Shown in pieces: positions 18,062 through 28,254 of a DNA stretch of 64,000 nt. Origin of the DNA: a virus; the IMG/VR virus record IMGVR_UViG_3300038409_000069, positions 6,377 to 70,376 of that record, one strand, 5' to 3'. The position numbers were made by a program, and so were the translations under genes. A model generated the notes under the pieces. That model was not told where the DNA came from and searched no databases. It was given only the letters and a program-made list of their open reading frames with translations. The number at the start of each line of letters is the position of its first letter. Position 1 is the stretch's first letter.

Positions 18062-19677
18062 CGGGCCTCACTCGCAAGGAAGCGCGCATAGGTGGCTTCG
18101 ACGTATCCGACTGTCGGCTGCCTGCCTCCATGCGTATTCTGATAGCGCAGCACGATCTCGCGGCGCGCATCCCGCGGAATGAGATCGAACGGCACGACAG
18201 CGGCTGGCGTTACTCCTTCGCCAAGCGCTCGAAAGCCTTCGCGCCGCCCCCTGCTTTCCTGCACGCGCAGCGGCGCAACCACTCGTTCGCGAGGAAGCCG
18301 CACGACCGCGCGTCCGATCATCTCCTGCGTCTCCAAGGCGTTCGGAAGCCGCCGCTGGCTCTCGACAAACGGTACAACCTCTTGAAGGAGGGCGCTGTTA
18401 AAGGCCGACGACGCCGCGCGCGCTGCATCGCCCTCGCGTCCGCGTCTGTCGCCCGGCGTCAAATCGAAACGGTCGCCGAGCATCGCCTCGGCGATGTTCC
18501 GCACGGCGCCGTAGGCCTGCGACTGGAGATCGACGGCGCCGCCGTTCGGACCGCCTTGAAGCGACTGTCTGCGCTCCAGTAGCCGCGCAACGTCTCCGCC
18601 GCTGATCTGCGTCGAGTCCGCATCCGCAAGGATGCTTTCAAGCCAGCCTTGCCGTGTGAATTGTCCCGGTTGTGTCAGCGCAACGTGCAGGAGCCCGAGA
18701 TAGGCGGGGGAATTGTCCTTGGCCCTGCCCGCACCGCTTGCATACGACTGCGCCCGCGTCCGGTAGGCTTCGGTGAGTCGCGCATAGGATTGGCCAAGCA
18801 GCGGGTTTGATGTGAGTTCGCGAAACGCCGCCGGATCGAGCGAGGAAAGCGGACGCCCTGCGGCAAACGCCTGCCAGCCCATCCCCTCCACCTGATCGAT
18901 ATACTCTCTCTGTGCGGCGCGCATGGTAGTGCGCAATTCGCCGGCGGCTTGTGCATCAAGGCTTGGACGGATGCGCTCAAACAGCGCTTCGGCTTCGGTC
19001 GGACTGGAAACCGCCATTTGCTGAATGACGGACGTGTAGATGCCCGACTGAATGGCTCTCACCCGGGCCTGCGTCTGTTCAGGCGACCAGCCATTGCGGC
19101 GCGCCACGTTCTGAGCCTCGCCGATCGCTGTTGCGATGTTGGCGCGCACCGCCGCTTCATCGCCCCACGCGGCGACTGCGCCGCTTTGGGCCTCCAAGAT
19201 GCGCGCTTCGCTCTGCTCGTTCTGATAGGTGTTGGACTCGCGAGCGAGATGGGTCGCCACGGAATTGAGCGTGTCAGTCGCATGCTGCGAGAGCGCTTGG
19301 CGAGCCAGAGCCGCGGCGCGTGGCGAGCGCGCCCGAGAGACGATCTCGTCAAGGTCTTGTTGGATCCCCGTTTCGATTTCCTGGCGCCGTTCGAGCGCTC
19401 CAGCGCCCCGCGCCGTGCTCAGGTATCCCGTCTCCGGGTTGTAGAGCCGGTCTCGGGTGCGCGCCCTGAATTCCGCGTCGAGTTCTCGGGCGTTCGCCTC
19501 GTTGAACTCATCGTCGACTTTCTGCGCTGTCTGGGCGACCGTTTCGAGCCCGTGCGCTACGCGCGCAGTCGCCCGCGCTTCGAGCGCGCCAAACGCATCT
19601 TCGTCAGCCTGCACGCGCAATCTCGCGCCTGCGGGCTGAAGCTGGGCTTGATCCTGTATGACGGGAACCGACGCCAC
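18058..19677 (-). CDS. internal virion protein (ejected core protein)
   Basis: GGAG RBS and GTG 19677; Ala/Gln-rich helical sequence; LYNPETGYL motif; synteny. Confidence 0.75.
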   Translation of the reverse strand: MASVPVIQDQAQLQPAGARLRVQADEDAFGALEARATARVAHGLETVAQTAQKVDDEFNEANARELDAEFRARTRDRLYNPETGYLSTARGAGALERRQEIETGIQQDLDEIVSRARSPRAAALARQALSQHATDTLNSVATHLARESNTYQNEQSEARILEAQSGAVAAWGDEAAVRANIATAIGEAQNVARRNGWSPEQTQARVRAIQSGIYTSVIQQMAVSSPTEAEALFERIRPSLDAQAAGELRTTMRAAQREYIDQVEGMGWQAFAAGRPLSSLDPAAFRELTSNPLLGQSYARLTEAYRTRAQSYASGAGRAKDNSPAYLGLLHVALTQPGQFTRQGWLESILADADSTQISGGDVARLLERRQSLQGGPNGGAVDLQSQAYGAVRNIAEAMLGDRFDLTPGDRRGREGDAARAASSAFNSALLQEVVPFVESQRRLPNALETQEMIGRAVVRLPRERVVAPLRVQESRGRREGFRALGEGVTPAAVVPFDLIPRDARREIVLRYQNTHGGRQPTVGYVEATYARFLASEAR

Positions 19678-19681
19678 GGGG

Positions 19682-20014
19682 CTACTCCAGAAAATCGTAA
19701 CCGCTGCCGCCGGAGCCGCCGCCGCCCGCGCCGCCGCCAAAACCTCCGCCCCCTCCGCCTCCGCCGCCGGCCACGCTTGCGGACTTTGCTTCGCCCTTCG
19801 TCGCGCGCGCCCACCGCGCCACGCTGGCAAAGCTCGACGAATCGAGCGCGAAGAAGTCAGCCTTCGCCACTTCCGTATCCGCCTTCGCCTTTGTCGTGAC
19901 GACCCTCGGAACAGGCTTGGAATTTGCATTGTAAATCGGGATAGAGCGCGTCAGCAGATCAAGCCGCGGCGTGCGCCCGATAATGCGCGGCGCAGGTTTG
20001 GGGGATCGAGCCAT
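19682..20014 (-). CDS. small basic protein with a poly-Gly C-terminal tail
   Basis: MARSPKPAPR...GGGGGGGGGFGGGAGGGGSGGSGYDFLE; preceded by the late promoter motif. Confidence 0.55.
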   Translation of the reverse strand: MARSPKPAPRIIGRTPRLDLLTRSIPIYNANSKPVPRVVTTKAKADTEVAKADFFALDSSSFASVARWARATKGEAKSASVAGGGGGGGGGFGGGAGGGGSGGSGYDFLE

Positions 20015-20066
20015 GCGCATAGAATACGCTTGCCCAGAGGCTCGGGGGGCTTGATCAGTGACGCAG

Positions 20067-20648
20067 TCACACAACCGGGATGTTGTAGCGTCTGACCGGC
20101 GCGATGGCCGCCCCTGTGCGCGGGTGATAGCCGGCCGGCGCCGCCGGCATCATCCAGCGGCTCGATATCGTCGATGCGCTGTCGAGCAGAGAGCCGAAGG
20201 CGGCGATGTTGCCGGCGTTCGCCGCGCTTGCGCCTTGGGTGCGCAAAAGCTGCGCCTGATTCTTGAGGCCGGCGCGATCGTAATCCAGCCTTCGGATGTC
20301 GGCCTCTTCGTTCTTGGTCAGAATCGAGCGATCGATGCGATAGGCCTGCTCAATGTCGCCGATCAGGTCGGCCGGCGAGCCGAAGCCGGGATCAATGCCC
20401 ACCGCAGCGGTGCGCGCCACTGCTTCGCCGCGCTCTGCGCGAACGCGCGCGCCAAGTCTGCGCCGTTCGATCGCGGCGCCCTCTCGGATGGTGTCCTGGT
20501 CCTGCGCGATGAGCTTCGCGTTGATGTCGGCGACCTTGGCCTGATACTCGCCGGCCGCCTGCTGAGCCCGCCCCTGCTGCACCATGGAATAGGCGCCGAG
20601 CGCGGCTGCGCCTATTTGGGCAATGAGGAGTACCGCCGGGTTGCACAT
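20067..20648 (-). CDS. internal virion protein (T7 gp14-like)
   Basis: MCNPAVLL start; Ala/Gln-rich; GIDPGFGSP motif; synteny. Confidence 0.75.
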   Translation of the reverse strand: MCNPAVLLIAQIGAAALGAYSMVQQGRAQQAAGEYQAKVADINAKLIAQDQDTIREGAAIERRRLGARVRAERGEAVARTAAVGIDPGFGSPADLIGDIEQAYRIDRSILTKNEEADIRRLDYDRAGLKNQAQLLRTQGASAANAGNIAAFGSLLDSASTISSRWMMPAAPAGYHPRTGAAIAPVRRYNIPVV

Positions 20649-21106
20649 CAGGCGTTTCCTCTCGCCAGTTCGAACGGCAGAAACGGATGGCCCTGCACCT
20701 CAATCCCCTCGCCGAACGCAAAGCCCAGCCACTTGAGCCAGCGGATCGACAGGCGATTATGCGCATGCACGACATTGAAGAGGCGTTCGAAGCCCAAACT
20801 CACGTCCTCGACTTCCCCCTTCGACACCTTTAGAAAGGCCCGCGCATGTTCTTTGATGCTGTCGCGGCCCAGAAGCCAGATAGAAGCTTCATCGCTAAGA
20901 AAGCTGACCGGGGCGCAGCCATACAGGCATTGCACGACGCCGCCGACTTCCCATGCCTTTGCTCTCGAACTTACGTCGAGCGCGTTCTCCAGCGCCTCCC
21001 TTGGTTCATGTCCGCCTACCAGCTTGCATTCGAGCGCATCGATTGCGCGCATGTGCGGCGCGAGCGCGTCGATGTCATCGGTGCGGGCCTCGCGGAACAG
21101 CATCAT
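20648..21106 (-). CDS. T7 gp13-like/GNAT-fold virion assembly protein
   Basis: MRAIDALEC; IWLLG; NVVHAHNRLSIRWLKWLGF. Confidence 0.8.
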   Translation of the reverse strand: MMLFREARTDDIDALAPHMRAIDALECKLVGGHEPREALENALDVSSRAKAWEVGGVVQCLYGCAPVSFLSDEASIWLLGRDSIKEHARAFLKVSKGEVEDVSLGFERLFNVVHAHNRLSIRWLKWLGFAFGEGIEVQGHPFLPFELARGNA

Positions 21107-23478
21107 TGCGTCACCGCCGGTTCGCCGTAAAGGCCCAAGAGCTCGAAGGGATACGGCGCCGATTGGCGGATGATCGTCACGCCGTCGAAATCCCAGCCGC
21201 CGTCCGGTTTCAATGGTATGGTGTCGCCGGAAACGGGCGTGGTTCCGTCCCAGTTTTCGACATCGTCGTTCACAAGAGTCGCCAGAAGGGTCGTGTCGGT
21301 GGGATTGCCGTACTGGATCCCGATGGTGGCGCGAAGCTTGAGCACGACGCTTGTGATCTTCTTGCGCCGGCCCTGCGCTGCGCCTCTGTCGGTGCCCTGC
21401 CACACTGGCAGCGGAACGATGTCCGTATCATAGGGCAAGCCGACGCACACTTCCGCCGCATCGAACGGCAGCGTCACGCGCCCATCCGATACCGTCAGGT
21501 CCTCCAGCGCCGAACCGTCGGCAATGGCGTTGACGGTCTGCCCCTCGAGATGCCAGAGCCCCGTAATCGTGTCCGTCGCCGTATCGTCATAGACGATGTG
21601 ACTGTCGAGAAAGCGCGCCTCCGAGAGATTCGTGACCACGTCGCTGCTATTGAACGTAGGCCGCCAGCGCGGGACGATCAATTCAATATAGCGCTTCGTC
21701 GCCCCGTTGATGGTGCGCTTGACGAGGAGATAGACTTCATCCTCAGTCGGGCCTTCGATGCTGGCGCAGGATTCGACGACGCCAAAGCCTGTTGCGCTCG
21801 CGCCTGAGCCAAACGTCCCGCCGATGTAGCAATCCGTCCAGGCGAAAACATTCTGGTCTTCGAGGAACGTGAGGCAGAGCAGGACGCCGTCATCTCTCAC
21901 GCACCAGACGATCGAATGCGGATCCTGCTGATAGCACCAGTCGACGATCGAATGGCCTTCGAAGAAATGCGGGGCGAGAAGCGTGAGGTCGTTCGAGCGA
22001 AACCCGTCCTTCTCGAAGGAATAGCCGAAGGCGCGGATGACGGCGCCCTGGCGCTGTGCGAAGAGCACAATATCGCCAACCACGATTGGGCGAAGGGCGG
22101 CAGAGCCGCGCGCGCTGTGGCGAACCGGGACGATCGACGAGGGCGTAATGAACTCAGTGACGCCGCCGCCCTTGACCGTGTATTCTGCGTCCCGCGTCAG
22201 GACGGCCAGTTGCTTTAACGACGCCAGCCCGACAACCGCATTGACGCCCGGCGTCAGGCGGAAAGACACGGCGTCGTCGGCCTTTGCCGGACTGGAGACG
22301 TTCAGGTTGTCGTAAATGTTGGAGACAGACGACCATACTGCGGCGGGATTATTGTAGGTCTGGGCAAACCAGAGGCGGCCTTCATGGAACTCGCACACGC
22401 TGGGGAACGAAGACGCCGCCGAGAACGGATTGCGCGAGCCTGGCGGCGTATTGCCCAGATCGGGAACGATGTTGTTGTCGATGAAGTTCGAGCCTTCGGT
22501 GCCGCCGATGAAGCCGAAGACGCCGGCCTCGTTCTTGTAGACGATGTACCGCTCCGCGCCCGCGGCCGTCGTCCATGATACGGTGTTCTTGGTTCCGGAA
22601 ATGGTGAGGTCGTTGGTTGCGCTCGCCGCAGTCGTCGGCAGGCTTTCTTCGCCGGTGTCCTCGTCAATCGCCGTGATCTTGTAAGAATAGGTCGTGAGGC
22701 TCGTCACGTCCGTCGTCGTCGTGGCCGAAACAGTCGGGGACGTAGGCGACGCCTGGACCGGTCCGAACGTCACGCTTGTGAAGGTCCAGGCCGAATGCGC
22801 CGTCCGCGTGAGCTTGCGCACCGCATAGCCTAGGTGCGTCAGATACATCGTATCGGCGCGTTGGGCGTAGCCCAGCGTGAAGATGTCGGCCTGATCGTAT
22901 GGCGAAGTCTGTTGGTAGAGGCGGGAGAAGGTCCCGCCGGATGTGAAGGCCGTGTAGTCGGTGGTGTCGACCGCATCGCCCCACATGTCCACGAGCGTGA
23001 ACGTGTTGGTCGCGACATTGGCGAGGGTGAATACGCGGCCGTCCTCGAGCTCCACCATGCCGCCGACTGAATCCGGGAAGACCTTGTCGCCGTTCGACCA
23101 GCCGTGCCCGGTGATTTCGACGACGCCGGGGCTGTCTTGCGTTATGGAGACGATGTTCTTGGCGGTTTCGAGGATTTGACCCCTTGCGGTTCCGGAGAGA
23201 TGCGCCGCGATCGGGCGCATGACCTCATCCCCGAATTCGAGGATGTAGGCTTGCTCGGCGTTGAATTGGAAGGGCAGTATCCTGGTTGTGTCGGCGCTGT
23301 CGCGCGCCTCGCCGATGAATTGAGTTCCCGGGCGATTGATGATCGCGCCGCTCTTCTTGATGAGGGCGTTCTTCGCGGTCTTCAGGCATTCGCCGTAGCG
23401 ATCGAGGTTCGTCCTCGCGAAAAGCTCTGGCGAGATGACGCCGCCGGCGAAAGAGTTCTGGGCAAGGCGCAGACCCAT
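21103..23478 (-). CDS. tail tubular protein B (nozzle)
   Basis: QNSFAGGVISPELFARTNLDRY...RPGT; FHEGRLWF; VGLPY; 791 aa. Confidence 0.9.
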   Translation of the reverse strand: MGLRLAQNSFAGGVISPELFARTNLDRYGECLKTAKNALIKKSGAIINRPGTQFIGEARDSADTTRILPFQFNAEQAYILEFGDEVMRPIAAHLSGTARGQILETAKNIVSITQDSPGVVEITGHGWSNGDKVFPDSVGGMVELEDGRVFTLANVATNTFTLVDMWGDAVDTTDYTAFTSGGTFSRLYQQTSPYDQADIFTLGYAQRADTMYLTHLGYAVRKLTRTAHSAWTFTSVTFGPVQASPTSPTVSATTTTDVTSLTTYSYKITAIDEDTGEESLPTTAASATNDLTISGTKNTVSWTTAAGAERYIVYKNEAGVFGFIGGTEGSNFIDNNIVPDLGNTPPGSRNPFSAASSFPSVCEFHEGRLWFAQTYNNPAAVWSSVSNIYDNLNVSSPAKADDAVSFRLTPGVNAVVGLASLKQLAVLTRDAEYTVKGGGVTEFITPSSIVPVRHSARGSAALRPIVVGDIVLFAQRQGAVIRAFGYSFEKDGFRSNDLTLLAPHFFEGHSIVDWCYQQDPHSIVWCVRDDGVLLCLTFLEDQNVFAWTDCYIGGTFGSGASATGFGVVESCASIEGPTEDEVYLLVKRTINGATKRYIELIVPRWRPTFNSSDVVTNLSEARFLDSHIVYDDTATDTITGLWHLEGQTVNAIADGSALEDLTVSDGRVTLPFDAAEVCVGLPYDTDIVPLPVWQGTDRGAAQGRRKKITSVVLKLRATIGIQYGNPTDTTLLATLVNDDVENWDGTTPVSGDTIPLKPDGGWDFDGVTIIRQSAPYPFELLGLYGEPAVTQ

Positions 23479-23479
23479 G

Positions 23480-24079
23480 TCAGCCCCTCGCCAGCATCCA
23501 GTCGGGTTGGCCCTGCTCGGCCGTCAACTGGACGATCTCTTCCGCCTCGTTCATGGAGATGGCGCGCCGGACGGCTGCGGCGTAACCTTCAATCGTGGTT
23601 CGCAGGTAGGCGTCGCTTTTTTCGAGCGGCTGGACCAGAAGGTGCGCCAGATACCACGAGAGCGCCGCGACGAAATGCGGCCCGAACTTGGACGCGTCCG
23701 TCTCCTGCTTGATGTAGAAGATGCGCGCGCCGGACTCGTCGGTATAGATATTGTCGCCGATGCCGATATGCTTGATCGGACTTTGCGGCTCGAACCATCC
23801 CCTCTCCGGGAGGAGATAGACAAGCCTCAGGCAGTCGCTTGGGCGCTCATAGGAATACTGCCAGTCGTCTTCGAGATCGTTCGTGACGTTCTCGTTGAGC
23901 GCCGCGACGTTACGGGCATGACGCCAGATCGCCTCGGCCGTCACCACATCGCGCGCGTGCTCATAGAATTCGTTGCACCAGCGCGCCTCGGCGGTCTGGT
24001 CCGTTATCGTCGTGATGCGCCTCTGTCCCGCAAGCCGGGCTCCAAGGGCGAGGTTGCAGATTTGCGTGACGGAGGCCAT
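23480..24079 (-). CDS. tail tubular protein A (head-tail adaptor)
   Basis: MASVTQICNLAL...WQYSYERPSDCLRL. Confidence 0.88.
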   Translation of the reverse strand: MASVTQICNLALGARLAGQRRITTITDQTAEARWCNEFYEHARDVVTAEAIWRHARNVAALNENVTNDLEDDWQYSYERPSDCLRLVYLLPERGWFEPQSPIKHIGIGDNIYTDESGARIFYIKQETDASKFGPHFVAALSWYLAHLLVQPLEKSDAYLRTTIEGYAAAVRRAISMNEAEEIVQLTAEQGQPDWMLARG

Positions 24080-24094
24080 GCCCGCCTCCGTTCA

Positions 24095-24490
24095 TCAAGT
24101 CGCCGCACGACGGCGGCGCGGCGCCGGGTGCATGGGCGAGCTGTCGGCCGGAGCAGGCAGCATGCCTTGCTCGCGCTCTGGAAGGACCGAAAGCGTCTGG
24201 TTGACGGTCTTCGGCGCCGACATGCCAGAAGACGCCATCTGGTTCATGATCGCCTCGGGAAACGGACGGGTGGGCAATCGCCGATCGCCCACGCCGCCCG
24301 GCCCGCGTTCGCCTCGAGCCAGCAACGCTTCCGTGCGCTCGTCGATCATCGCTTGCGCGTCGGGGTCCGCCGCCTCGACATGCCAGCCGATGATCGATTT
24401 AACATTCGCAGGCAGATCGAACTCCTGTCCCGCCTTGACAAGACCGAGCGCCGACGCCTGCAAATCCTTGAGGGCACGAAAGCGCGCCAT
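24095..24490 (-). CDS. hypothetical virion-associated protein
   Basis: AGGAG RBS; located in the structural operon. Confidence 0.6.
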   Translation of the reverse strand: MARFRALKDLQASALGLVKAGQEFDLPANVKSIIGWHVEAADPDAQAMIDERTEALLARGERGPGGVGDRRLPTRPFPEAIMNQMASSGMSAPKTVNQTLSVLPEREQGMLPAPADSSPMHPAPRRRRAAT

Positions 24491-24501
24491 GAGGGCTCCT
24501 A

Positions 24502-24990
24502 TCAGTTGAACACAGAGGCGTCCTGATCGAACGCCGTGAAGCGGCCCGGCTCATCGGCGAGCACAGCGATCACGGAACCCGCCGTGATGATGTGCGTGGC
24601 GCCGGTGAAGTGGAGGCGCGAATAGCGGCCGTAGTCCGCCTTTGGGAAGGGCACGGAATATTCCTGCCCTGCCGCCCAGCCGACCGATGCAACCGCTGCG
24701 GCCACCGGCGTAAACGCCACGGACGAGCCGGTGAAGGCCGTATCGTTGGCAGTTACGAACGTCACCGCCATCGTGCCCACGTTCGTCGAAACGAGCGCAT
24801 CGACGACGCGGATGTTGAGCCAGAGATTGGCCCGGTCCAGGTGATGAACCGAGTTGCCCGAGGCGAGCGGCCCGTGATCCTTGTAGTTGGTCGACGCAAA
24901 CGTGTGCGCCGCCGCCGACGTGGAGATCACCTGCGCGTGGCTGCCCGAAGCGCTCTGGAACGTGTAGAGGTCCTTGAGATCGTACATCAT
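24502..24990 (-). CDS. capsid cement/decoration protein (Bbp16-like)
   Basis: Beta-rich; STNYKD, RYSRLHF and TAGSV motifs; directly follows the capsid gene. Confidence 0.7.
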   Translation of the reverse strand: MMYDLKDLYTFQSASGSHAQVISTSAAAHTFASTNYKDHGPLASGNSVHHLDRANLWLNIRVVDALVSTNVGTMAVTFVTANDTAFTGSSVAFTPVAAAVASVGWAAGQEYSVPFPKADYGRYSRLHFTGATHIITAGSVIAVLADEPGRFTAFDQDASVFN

Positions 24991-25004
24991 TGCTGTTCGC
25001 CCCC

Positions 25005-26012
25005 TTACGACACGGTGGCTTCGGAAGAGAGGATCGAATCGGAGCGCCGCACCGGAATTCCGTCGAGCATCATCGCCATTTTACCGGCGTAGTTCTCGAA
25101 GGTGATCCCGCCGCCGTTGCTCACGGTTTGGATAATCCCCTTGCGCAGGGCCGTGCGCGTCTTGCCGTTCATGTAGAAGACCGGCGTCACCCCGCCCCGG
25201 CTGGGGAGAAGTTCCGTGGCTTCGACCATGAGCGAGACGAGCGTGGCCTGATTTGCCGTCGACGTGAGCGTGCCGGTCTTGATGTTGGCGATGCGAACGC
25301 CGTAGCGCCAATCCTTGACCGCAAGGCCCGCCTTCCACTCGTAACGGTCCATGTAGGCGCGGAAGCGCTTGTTGTTCACATCGAACGCGTCGCCGAGCCC
25401 GAGGTCCTCGTGCTGGAGGCCGGCCTGCGATCCGCGGGGATAAATCCCGCAGACCGTCTCTTCGCTCCAGCCGACGAGCCAGACAGACGTGTTGTCCGAG
25501 TCCGTGCCGCCCGCATCGATGATGTTGTCCTTCGAGTTCGCGGTCGTGTCGTCCTTGTAGTAAGCTGCAAGACCGGGAAACTTCGGGACATCCGTCGACG
25601 GATTGGCGGTCGGATCGCCGTACCAGAGCGTCGTGCAGAACTCGTTGGCCATGCCCATGATGTGAGCCTGGGCCTCAGAGAACCGCGCGCCGTTCACGTC
25701 GCCGCCGAGTTCGGCGAGGTCCTTGTCGATTTCGCTGCGGTCTTCGAGCATCCCGCAGGGAAACGTGATAGGCGTGGTCGTCGACTTGGTCGCCGAAACG
25801 CCTTGGTTGAAGAGCCGCCAGGTCGGCGTCGGCAAGCCGATGCGCAAAACGGCCTGGTGACCGGTGAGAAGATTGCCTTCGCGGAAGGGGATGTCCTCGT
25901 AGACTTCGTCCTGCCGCTTCAGGATTTCGATGATGGTGGCGATCCGCTTGTTGGACACGTCGTAACGAGTCTTCAGGTCTGCAAGCGTGAGAGCGCCCGA
26001 TAGCTCTGCCAT
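25005..26012 (-). CDS. major capsid protein (BPP-1 Bbp17-like)
   Basis: LTLADL; IPFREGN; GLPTPTWRLFNQGV; GLAVKDWRY; GIPVRRSDSIL. Confidence 0.9.
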   Translation of the reverse strand: MAELSGALTLADLKTRYDVSNKRIATIIEILKRQDEVYEDIPFREGNLLTGHQAVLRIGLPTPTWRLFNQGVSATKSTTTPITFPCGMLEDRSEIDKDLAELGGDVNGARFSEAQAHIMGMANEFCTTLWYGDPTANPSTDVPKFPGLAAYYKDDTTANSKDNIIDAGGTDSDNTSVWLVGWSEETVCGIYPRGSQAGLQHEDLGLGDAFDVNNKRFRAYMDRYEWKAGLAVKDWRYGVRIANIKTGTLTSTANQATLVSLMVEATELLPSRGGVTPVFYMNGKTRTALRKGIIQTVSNGGGITFENYAGKMAMMLDGIPVRRSDSILSSEATVS

Positions 26013-26017
26013 GAGGC

Positions 26018-26788
26018 TTAGTCTCCGTACATGATGTCAGCGGCGCGCGTCGGCGCTTTCGGCTGCGAGGAGCCGCGCGCATCGACGAACGCGTCTTCGG
26101 AAAGCTTCGAGCGAACGCGGTGCAGGAAGCGGATGAATTCGGGACTGTTCTCCCAACCCCATTCCTTCACCTGAGAACGAAACTCAGGCGTTGCGAATGT
26201 GCGGAGCACTTCCTTGGCGCCGCCGAGCTTCTGGGCGAGGACGGTCTTGTCCCCGTTTCCAAGTTCGGCGTCGGCCAGGGCCGCGCTCTTCCATTCGGTC
26301 TGGAGTTGGGCGAACCCGTTGCGCGTCTGTTCGACAACGCCGTTCACCGCCTGCTGCATTCGATCCGCGACGATCGAAACCAGCTCTTGCGCGTCTTCCT
26401 GAGAGACGTTTAGCCTGCGAAGAACGGGGGTGGCTTTCGCCACCATATCCTCGTCGAGCTGCATGCCTTCAGGAAGCGTGAAAGGCTGATACGCTTCCGA
26501 CTCGCCGTCCTTCTTGGCGTCGCCAGGGGCGCCCGCCTTTTTGTCCGGAGACTTGTCGTCTTCGTCTTCGCCAAGAAGCGACTTGCCTTTGTCCGCCGTC
26601 GCGGATTCGGACTTGTTCGCTTCCTCCTCGCCCTTCGCCTCGGGCTTGGATTCTGTAGGCGCCGCATCGGGCGCTTTGTCTTGTGCGGACGTATCGGCGC
26701 CGTTCGGCGCGGCCTTGTCGGCCGGCGCGTCGTCGCTCAGAAGCGGTGCGTCGTTTGTTTCAACGGGAGCTGCTTCGCCGTCCGCCAT
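26018..26788 (-). CDS. capsid scaffolding protein
   Basis: Acidic disordered N-terminus; YQPFTLPEG; NSPEFIRF...KLSED; AADIMYG C-terminus; upstream of the capsid gene. Confidence 0.8.
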   Translation of the reverse strand: MADGEAAPVETNDAPLLSDDAPADKAAPNGADTSAQDKAPDAAPTESKPEAKGEEEANKSESATADKGKSLLGEDEDDKSPDKKAGAPGDAKKDGESEAYQPFTLPEGMQLDEDMVAKATPVLRRLNVSQEDAQELVSIVADRMQQAVNGVVEQTRNGFAQLQTEWKSAALADAELGNGDKTVLAQKLGGAKEVLRTFATPEFRSQVKEWGWENSPEFIRFLHRVRSKLSEDAFVDARGSSQPKAPTRAADIMYGD

Positions 26789-26857
26789 GAATTCCCCTGT
26801 CTGCGCGAATGCGCATCAGGGGTATTTTCACACGGGGATTTCGCGCGCGGGGTTTAG

Positions 26858-27094
26858 CTACCAGCGGAGATCGTAGATCAAGAATCTGGGCTCGAATGGC
26901 CTCAGCGCCAGATAGCGTCCAGTTGGAATAGCGTTTTCCGGAACAAGCACCCAAGGCCCCTGCTCCGAAGGCCCTTCGTAGAGATCGGCGCCCGAATCCA
27001 CTTCGCGCATGAAATCCTGCGCCGGCTCACTAGGATCAGGCGAACCTTTGGTCATGGACAGGATCAATTCTGAGCGTGTCGGCTGTCTCGTCAC
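26858..27094 (-). CDS. hypothetical protein
   Basis: GTGA overlap with the glf stop. Confidence 0.55.
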   Translation of the reverse strand: MTRQPTRSELILSMTKGSPDPSEPAQDFMREVDSGADLYEGPSEQGPWVLVPENAIPTGRYLALRPFEPRFLIYDLRW

Positions 27095-28176
27095 AGTTCC
27101 AACCTCCGAAACGCCGCCATAGCCTGCCCCACCACCTGGTGCATGTCCATGTACTGGTAGGTTGCGAGTCGGCCTATAAAGATGACATTCTCTTGCTGGT
27201 CGGCGAGGTCGCGGTAGCGCTCATAGAGTTCTCTATTGGCCGGCGCCGGGATTGGATAGTATGGCTCGCCCTCCCCGCTCGGGAACTCTGTCGTGATCGT
27301 GGTGTAATCGCACTCTTGGCCCGTGATGTGGCGCCATTCGATTGTCCTTGTGAACGGCTGCCAGGATGCGGGATAGTTGATCTGGGCGCAGGGCTGGCGC
27401 AATCCGCCCGGGTAGGTTTGATGGTGGAAGGTGAGGGAGCGGTAGGGGAGCGGGCCGAACTGATGCGAAAAATATTCATCGATTGGGCCAGTCCAAGCCA
27501 TGCGCGGGTAGCGCTCTTTGGCGTGCGGCCCATTCTGCCAGCGGTAGAGGAACTTGCCGCGGTCGTCGCGTAGGCGAACCTCAATGCCCGGATGATCCAG
27601 CATCCGCTCAAACATCTTCGTATAGCCATCCTTTGGGACGGCTTGGTATTTGTCGCGGAAGACTCGGTCGTCTGTGTCGTCGGGGCGGAACGGGATGCGC
27701 GCCGTCACGCTGGGGTCGAGTTCAGTTGCCGCCCTCCCCCAATGCTTTTCGGTGTAGTCCCTGAAGAAGATTTCGTAAAGCGTAGCGCCCACGGTGTTGA
27801 TGGCTTGCTCTTCGGCGTTGCGCGGGTTCGGGAACTGGCCGGTCTCGCCCCAAGCGTACTCAATCATGCACATCGTATCGCGGTTGATCGGGAATGGCAG
27901 AAGGTGGCCGTTCACGCTCGCCTTCACCCGGTGCTCGTATGGCGTCCACTCGGTGAATCGGGAGAGGAAATCGAAAACCACGTCGGAGTTGGTATGGAAA
28001 GCATGGACCCCGTATTTCTGGACGAGAACGCCGTATTCGTTCACATAGTCATAGGCGTTGCCGCCGATGTGGTCGCGCTTGTCGATGATAAGCACACGTT
28101 GGCCAGCCTCTGCCAAAAGGCGAGCCATGGTGCTTCCGGCAAATCCGGCGCCGACGATGAGCCAGTCATAGGACAC
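27091..28176 (-). CDS. glf: UDP-galactopyranose mutase
   Basis: IVGAGFAG FAD motif; DKRDHIGGNAYD; KYGVHAFHTN; LPYRSL; EPYYP; GRLATYQYMDMHQ. Confidence 0.95.
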   Translation of the reverse strand: MSYDWLIVGAGFAGSTMARLLAEAGQRVLIIDKRDHIGGNAYDYVNEYGVLVQKYGVHAFHTNSDVVFDFLSRFTEWTPYEHRVKASVNGHLLPFPINRDTMCMIEYAWGETGQFPNPRNAEEQAINTVGATLYEIFFRDYTEKHWGRAATELDPSVTARIPFRPDDTDDRVFRDKYQAVPKDGYTKMFERMLDHPGIEVRLRDDRGKFLYRWQNGPHAKERYPRMAWTGPIDEYFSHQFGPLPYRSLTFHHQTYPGGLRQPCAQINYPASWQPFTRTIEWRHITGQECDYTTITTEFPSGEGEPYYPIPAPANRELYERYRDLADQQENVIFIGRLATYQYMDMHQVVGQAMAAFRRLEL

Positions 28177-28254
28177 TCAGTAGCGCGGCGTCTTGCGCGG
28201 CGGCTTCGCCGGCGGGCGGGCGACCTTCTTAGGCGGGGATGGTTTCTTGGGCAT
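28177..28254 (-). CDS. 25-aa Pro/Lys-rich peptide
   Basis: AGGAG RBS; MPKKPSPPKKVARPPAKPPRKTPRY; stop abuts the glf start. Confidence 0.45.
   Translation of the reverse strand: MPKKPSPPKKVARPPAKPPRKTPRY

Noticed and set aside
18058-19929. 623-aa version of the internal virion protein
   Set aside because: The N-terminal extension overlaps the Gly-rich gene in another frame; GTG 19677 has a GGAG RBS and is the better start.
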